Of a stretch of DNA of 51,692 bases, positions 46,556 through 51,692 are shown piece after piece. The translations under genes were made by a program, and so were the position numbers. Source of the stretch: Pseudomonadales bacterium (GTDB taxonomy: Bacteria > Pseudomonadota > Gammaproteobacteria > Pseudomonadales > Pseudohongiellaceae). The stretch's first letter is position 1; every line of letters begins with the position of its first letter. The DNA lies in NCBI GenBank assembly GCA_022447905.1, contig JAKUTG010000001.1, forward strand, positions 1-51,692, given 5' to 3'. The notes under the pieces were generated by a model. It did not search any database. It worked only from the letters and a program-made list of their open reading frames with translations, and had not been told where the DNA came from.

Positions 46556-47671
46556 TTGGCAGAACAGCCTGACACGCCCAAGATTTTAAACGAAATTTCT
46601 AAGAGTAATAGTGCGAGGAAAAAAACTCCGGCAAGTCGCAAGCAACAAAATGCGCGACGTCGATTTATCATCGTGGTGATGTTCTTTTTGCCTGTTTTGG
46701 CAGGTGTCGTTTTTCTTGCCTACCAACAAGTCCAACTGCGCAAAGAATTGTTAGTATTTCAGCAAGAGGGCCAAAATCTGACCCAAGCACTGGCTGCACA
46801 GGAAGCCCGGATGCAGCAACTCCAACAGCAGCTCGCCGATCCACTGCAATCCGTTCCAATAGAAAATGGATCAGCTCAACAAAGTGAAGCTGATCTAAAT
46901 CGGGAGTTGCTTGCAATTCGTCAGCAATTGACAGAACTGCAAAATCGCCCTGCAGTTGTAGAAACTGAACCTAATCTTCAATGGAAGCTTCTGGAAGCTG
47001 AGTATTTACTAGGTTTGGCAAGCAAAAAATTACAATTGGAACAGGACAGGGATTCAGCTCTTGCGTTGATGCAATTGGCCGACAGTGCGCTGTTGGAGTC
47101 TGGTAACTTTAATGTGTTTGCTGTTCGTCAGGTAATTTCCCGCGAGTCAGCTCAGCTCCAAGCTGTTCAGATTACAGACCAAGGAGACCTTTATCTCCGC
47201 ATCGGCAATGTCGCCATGAGAGCGCAAAGTATCAGCTTATTCAGTTCCATGCGGGAAAATTTCGAAAATCGGCGGAACACTGAATTGGCCTCTGAGGAAA
47301 TTGGGGCCACAGAGGGCGGTTTTGTTAGTGCAACATTGTCATTCCTGAGATCGGTCTTTGTATGGCGCGAATGGGAAAGAATACCTGAAGCTATGCTGGC
47401 GTCGGGTCAGGATGTTTACATTAAGCAAAACTTACAACTTGTGCTAGACCAAGCTAGGGTCGCGGTTGTTTCAAGGGATCAGACCCTCTATCGAACAAGC
47501 TTGACCAATGCTGGAAATTGGCTGCATCGTTATGCGGTGATCGACACAGAAATCGGGCAAACCATACTGGCAGAAATAAGCGATCTTGCTGGAATCGATC
47601 TAAACCCTTCCCTGCCTGTACCAAATGAATCACTGAGTCTTCTTAAAGGACTCATTGTCAGCGGACAATAG
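46556..47671 (+). CDS. hemX: HemX family protein (the so-called uroporphyrinogen-III C-methyltransferase, membrane anchored)
   Basis: A basic N-terminus is followed by one TM helix, a Q-rich coiled region and LEAEYLLGLASKKLQLEQD. The gene occupies the hemX position in hemCDXY. The apparent start is TTG. Confidence 0.8.
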   Translation: MAEQPDTPKILNEISKSNSARKKTPASRKQQNARRRFIIVVMFFLPVLAGVVFLAYQQVQLRKELLVFQQEGQNLTQALAAQEARMQQLQQQLADPLQSVPIENGSAQQSEADLNRELLAIRQQLTELQNRPAVVETEPNLQWKLLEAEYLLGLASKKLQLEQDRDSALALMQLADSALLESGNFNVFAVRQVISRESAQLQAVQITDQGDLYLRIGNVAMRAQSISLFSSMRENFENRRNTELASEEIGATEGGFVSATLSFLRSVFVWREWERIPEAMLASGQDVYIKQNLQLVLDQARVAVVSRDQTLYRTSLTNAGNWLHRYAVIDTEIGQTILAEISDLAGIDLNPSLPVPNESLSLLKGLIVSGQ

Positions 47672-47680
47672 CGCAATATT

Positions 47681-48943
47681 ATGGTACGCCTATTTGTCTT
47701 TAGCCTGCTGATTATTGTCGTTGCTCTTTGGGTGACTTTTTATTTAGGGTTTCCCGCTGATCCAGGTTATTTGCTGATCGCTTTTCGAAACTATACATTC
47801 GAAACTAGTTTATTTACGTTGGTCGTAACACTCGGTGCTATCTATTTATTGTTCCGTCTGCTGGTTATCATGTTTCGATGGGTCAATCCCGCTAAGCTAG
47901 TTCGTGCTGGAATAGCCATTAATGAAAAAAGAAAAGCTCGTGAGCGCAGTAAAACCATAGAAGGAATGTTGTATTTAATTCGAGGTAACTGGAAATCCAG
48001 TTACAAGCTGCTCAAAAAAAGTATATCTGATCAAGACGCCACGGTTATTAATTATCTTGCAGCGGCCTATGCCGCTCACAAGCTGGATGATAAGGATTCG
48101 TGGGAGCAATGTCTGGACCAGGCAGAACGAGAATATCCGGCCGCTCGGTCTACTGTTAACTTGCTTCGCGCTCAATTGCTGTTCAGATCGGGTCATCTTG
48201 AACAGTGCCTAGCGGTGCTAGAACAACTCAAAAAAAATTCATTAAACGATGCAGCACTTTTGCTGCTTCTCAAAGAGGTTTATATACGGCTTGAAGTTTG
48301 GGATCTGCTGAAGGACCTATTACCTTCGCTAGAGAAAAACAAAATTGTTGACGATGAAGAGAGTGCGAAAATTAGCATGCGTATCTTTATTGAAGATTTA
48401 TATGTTTGTTACGGCACGCCCCAAAAGAGATCCGAGAAGCAGGAAGTATTGCGTCGTTTGATTCAACTATGGAAGAAGGCGCCAGTAAGATATAAGGAAA
48501 ATGAAAAGGTCGTTAAGCATTATTCTGAATTAATGATTAAGCTAGACGACAAAGCTGCAGCAGCTGAGGCATTAGAAAAAGCAATTGCGAGGAATTGGAG
48601 TGATGTTCTAGTTATTTTTTATGGAGAGCATGATTTCAGCGCTAGCCCACAACAACTTTTGGTTGCGGAAGACTGGCTCATGGAGCGTCCTGCCAATTCG
48701 AATCTTTTACTGAGTCTTGGACGAATCTGCATGCGTAACGAACTCTGGGGTAAGGCTAAAGAGTATTACGAAGCAAGTATCAAGATCACTCCCCGCGCCG
48801 AAGCTTATGGCGAACTCAGCAGACTTTTGAAACATCTTGGGGAATTAGAAGCCAGTGAAATTTGTCTGAAAAACTATAGTGATTTAATTGGAGTAAAGTT
48901 GCCAGAACTCCCGATGCCCCCGGCCAATAAAATCAATCACTAA
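47681..48943 (+). CDS. hemY: Heme biosynthesis protein HemY (TPR-containing membrane protein)
   Basis: There are two N-terminal TM helices and a HemY_N-like region, followed by TPR-like repeats. It is the last gene of hemCDXY. Confidence 0.85.
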   Translation: MVRLFVFSLLIIVVALWVTFYLGFPADPGYLLIAFRNYTFETSLFTLVVTLGAIYLLFRLLVIMFRWVNPAKLVRAGIAINEKRKARERSKTIEGMLYLIRGNWKSSYKLLKKSISDQDATVINYLAAAYAAHKLDDKDSWEQCLDQAEREYPAARSTVNLLRAQLLFRSGHLEQCLAVLEQLKKNSLNDAALLLLLKEVYIRLEVWDLLKDLLPSLEKNKIVDDEESAKISMRIFIEDLYVCYGTPQKRSEKQEVLRRLIQLWKKAPVRYKENEKVVKHYSELMIKLDDKAAAAEALEKAIARNWSDVLVIFYGEHDFSASPQQLLVAEDWLMERPANSNLLLSLGRICMRNELWGKAKEYYEASIKITPRAEAYGELSRLLKHLGELEASEICLKNYSDLIGVKLPELPMPPANKINH

Positions 48944-50402
48944 GCCCTAGCTCTTTCCAAAGTTGATCGACTCGATTTTTGACTTCGGCACTCATTTCAA
49001 TTGGGGTTCCCCATTTCCGCGTAGTTTCCGCTTCCCATTTATTAGTAGCATCAAAACCCATTTTTGAACCCATGCCTGAAACGGGCGAGGCAAAATCCAG
49101 GTAGTCGATTGGCGTATTTTCCATCAGTACTGTGTCCCGGACTGGATCCATTCGGGTAGTAATAGCCCAGATAACGTCTTCCCATTGCCGAGTATTAATA
49201 TCGTCATCAACGACAACGACAAATTTCGTATACATGAATTGCCTGAGGAACGACCAGATTCCCATCATGATTCGTTTTGCGTGACCAGGGTACTGCTTTT
49301 TAATGCTCACTACAGCCATTCGATAAGAGCAACCTTCGGGAGGGAGGTAGAAATCTACAATTTCAGGAAACTGTTTTTGTAACAGTGGAACGAACACTTC
49401 GTTCAACGCCATACCTAACATGGCAGGCTCATCCGGCGGTCGTCCTGTATAAGTACTATGATAGATAGGGTCTTTCCTGTGTGTAATTCGTTTTACGGTA
49501 AAGACTGGAAACTGCTCAATTTCATTGTAATAACCTGTGTGGTCACCGTAAGGTCCTTCATCAGCGAATTCGCCCGGTTCTATTACTCCTTCCAGGACAA
49601 TTTCGGCGCTTGCCGGTACCTGTAGATCATTGGTTAGTGATTTAACAACATCAGTCTTGCTGCCACGCAACAACCCGGCGAACGCATATTCCGAAAGTGT
49701 GTCCGGCACGGGGGTTACTGTCGCCAATATGGTGGCGGGGTCGGCACCTATAGCGACGGAAACGGGGAAAGCTTCGCGAGGATACTTTTTCTGCCAGTCC
49801 TTGAAATCTAGTGCTCCACCGCGCTGGGGCAACCAGCGCATTATGAGTTTGTTGCGAGCGATTGGCTGCATCCGATAAATGCCAAGATTCTGTCGTTCTT
49901 TCTGAGGTCCGCGCGTTATCACTAATGGCCAGGTCACCAGCGGTGCAATGTCGCCGGGCCAGCAAGTCTGGAGCGGAAACATAGACAGATCAACATCTCC
50001 AGCCTCAATCACTACATCTTGGCATTCAGCTGATTTTTTTACGTTAGGCGAGACATTTAGTACTTGCTTGTAACTAGGAAGTTTTTGCCATACATCTTTC
50101 CATCCGGACGGTGGAGTTGGTTCTTTTAAGAACGCCAACAACTTTCCGACATCTCTTAATCCGTCGATATCTTCTTGGCCCATGGCCAACGCGATGCGTC
50201 GACTATTACCAAACAGGTTAACCAGTAGAGGTACAGAGGAACCTTTGGGGTTTTCAAATAGAAGAGCGGGACCGCCCGCACGCAATACGCGGTCTGAAAT
50301 TTCCGTTACTTCGAGATACGGATCTACTTCGGTAGAAATGCGTTTTAACTCACCCTCTTTCTCGAGTAGTTTGATAAAGTCTCGTAAATCTGAAAATGCC
50401 AT
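48933..50402 (-). CDS. ubiD: 4-hydroxy-3-polyprenylbenzoate decarboxylase
   Basis: The protein is 489 aa. It has [30 protein letters not shown] and [11 protein letters not shown]. Confidence 0.95.
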   Translation of the reverse strand: MAFSDLRDFIKLLEKEGELKRISTEVDPYLEVTEISDRVLRAGGPALLFENPKGSSVPLLVNLFGNSRRIALAMGQEDIDGLRDVGKLLAFLKEPTPPSGWKDVWQKLPSYKQVLNVSPNVKKSAECQDVVIEAGDVDLSMFPLQTCWPGDIAPLVTWPLVITRGPQKERQNLGIYRMQPIARNKLIMRWLPQRGGALDFKDWQKKYPREAFPVSVAIGADPATILATVTPVPDTLSEYAFAGLLRGSKTDVVKSLTNDLQVPASAEIVLEGVIEPGEFADEGPYGDHTGYYNEIEQFPVFTVKRITHRKDPIYHSTYTGRPPDEPAMLGMALNEVFVPLLQKQFPEIVDFYLPPEGCSYRMAVVSIKKQYPGHAKRIMMGIWSFLRQFMYTKFVVVVDDDINTRQWEDVIWAITTRMDPVRDTVLMENTPIDYLDFASPVSGMGSKMGFDATNKWEAETTRKWGTPIEMSAEVKNRVDQLWKELGLSD

Positions 50403-50472
50403 GGGGTGATTTTGTGGTTCGGGCTTAGATTGAGATAAGCGTTAACCTGAAAATATGTTGTTAAATAGCTTA

Positions 50473-51692
50473 TTAACGTTTCATGGCGTTAAAGAATTCA
50501 TCGTTTGTTTTAGTATCTTTCAATTTATCCAGGATGAATTCAGTTGCCTGCAAATCTTCTTGGGAACTTAGCAGCTTACGCAGGATCCACATACGCTGTA
50601 GTTCTTCTTCGGTAGTTAGTAAATCTTCGCGACGTGTACCGGATCGACGCACGTTGATAGCCGGATAAACCCTTTTCTCGGCCATTTTCCTGTCTAGAAT
50701 CAGTTCCATGTTGCCGGTACCTTTGAATTCTTCATAAATTACTTCATCCATTTTCGAGCCAGTTTCAATGAGTGCAGTAGCGATAATGGTAAGGCTGCCG
50801 CCTTCCTCAAGGTTTCGCGCCGCGCCGAAGAATCGCTTCGGTCTTTCTAATGCGTGCGCGTCGACCCCTCCTGTTAGCACTTTTCCAGATGAGGGGATGA
50901 TAGTGTTGTAAGCTCGTGCGAGTCGTGTAATGGAATCGAGGAGAATCACCACGTCTTCTTTGTGTTCAACTAGCCGCTTTGCTTTTTCGATCACCATTTC
51001 TGCCACTTGCACGTGACGTGAGGGTGGCTCATCGAATGTGCTGGCAACAACTTCACCTCGCACTGAGCGTTGCATTTCTGTTACTTCTTCCGGTCGTTCA
51101 TCGATAAGTAATACGATTAGGCGACATTCTGGTGAGTTATGTGTAATGGATTGTGCAATGTTTTGCAGAATTAACGTTTTACCTGCCTTGGGTGGCGAAA
51201 CAATTAAGCCGCGTTGGCCTTTGCCTATAGGGGAGGTAAGGTCGATTACCCTCGCGCTTATATCTTCGGTGCTTCCATTGCCGATCTGAAGAATGAGACG
51301 TTCATCCGGGAAAAGAGGGGTGAGGTTTTCGAAAAGAATTTTGTGCTTAGAGTCATCGGGCTTGCTGAAATTGATTTCGGCGATCTTGAGTAATGCAAAG
51401 TAGCGTTCCCCATCTTTTGGCGGTCTTATTTTCCCTGCGACCGTGTCACCGGTTCGAAGATTGAAGCGGCGAATCTGGCTGGGTGACACGTATATGTCAT
51501 CTGGGCCGGCAAGATAGGAGGAATCCGCGGTACTTAATAATCCTATCGCGTCTTGCATAATTTCCAATACGCCGTTGACGTAGATATCCTCGCCGTTCTT
51601 TGCATGTTTCTTGAGGATAACGAAAATAACATCTTGTTTACGCGTACGCGAAATATTTTCTAAACCCATCTCATTGGCGGTATTCAGTAGTT
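50473..51692 (-). CDS. rho: Transcription termination factor Rho (the N-terminal ~13 codons lie beyond the window end)
   Basis: The translation has ...[58 protein letters not shown], Walker A PPKAGKT and a C-terminal EFFNAMKR. The frame stays open to position 51692. Confidence 0.95.
   Translation of the reverse strand, partial: LLNTANEMGLENISRTRKQDVIFVILKKHAKNGEDIYVNGVLEIMQDAIGLLSTADSSYLAGPDDIYVSPSQIRRFNLRTGDTVAGKIRPPKDGERYFALLKIAEINFSKPDDSKHKILFENLTPLFPDERLILQIGNGSTEDISARVIDLTSPIGKGQRGLIVSPPKAGKTLILQNIAQSITHNSPECRLIVLLIDERPEEVTEMQRSVRGEVVASTFDEPPSRHVQVAEMVIEKAKRLVEHKEDVVILLDSITRLARAYNTIIPSSGKVLTGGVDAHALERPKRFFGAARNLEEGGSLTIIATALIETGSKMDEVIYEEFKGTGNMELILDRKMAEKRVYPAINVRRSGTRREDLLTTEEELQRMWILRKLLSSQEDLQATEFILDKLKDTKTNDEFFNAMKR

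Noticed and set aside
1-51692. Scan for CRISPR arrays, IS/transposase or integrase genes, tRNA genes (T-loop GGTTCGAAT-type signatures), toxin-antitoxin pairs and known defence-system hallmarks
   Set aside because: I saw none by eye. The only tandem repeats are the coding 42-bp units (30787..30954) and the 16-nt-period duplication at 4580..4608. A computational scan (tRNAscan-SE, ISEScan, DefenseFinder) would be needed to be certain.

Overview
This 51.7-kb window is chromosomal DNA from a gammaproteobacterium. Gene order resembles Pseudomonadales/Cellvibrionales: rppH-ptsP, lgt-thyA-folA, rdgB-hemW, metX-metW, yggS-proC-yggT-yggU, gshB-tonB-yqgE-ruvX, lptM-lysA-dapF-DUF484, hemCDXY, ubiD and rho. 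Coding density is high and most genes are housekeeping. I saw no rRNA, tRNA, CRISPR array, IS element or integrase. Eight things stand out. (1) A secreted AhpC/TSA-type redoxin is split by a single in-frame TGA exactly at the first Cys of its W-C-P-x-C motif, so it is a candidate selenoprotein with a hairpin just downstream. (2) hemW carries an in-frame TAA at a conserved Tyr, five codons before its radical-SAM CxxxCxxC motif. (3) An Lhr-type helicase has collapsed to a roughly 190-codon in-frame remnant. (4) Beside that remnant lies a 515-bp ORF-free region with a nested set of helices, a minus-strand intrinsic terminator and a 13-nt exact match to the 16S rRNA 3' tail. (5) A glycosyltransferase island of about 5.8 kb, apparently lower in GC, sits where xerC normally follows dapF-DUF484. 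It includes a 1126-aa GT2 / coiled-coil / GT2 / GT1 protein whose coiled coil is encoded by 42-bp tandem repeats, and I hypothesise the coiled coil acts as a molecular ruler. (6) An AT-rich islet holds an HTH gene and an untracked 57-codon ORF. (7) An untracked lptM small lipoprotein gene sits upstream of lysA. (8) A GldA/F/G-like ABC system sits next to a two-component pair. I did not find a clearly novel multi-gene system. All product calls rest on motif recognition in the translations, not on database searches.
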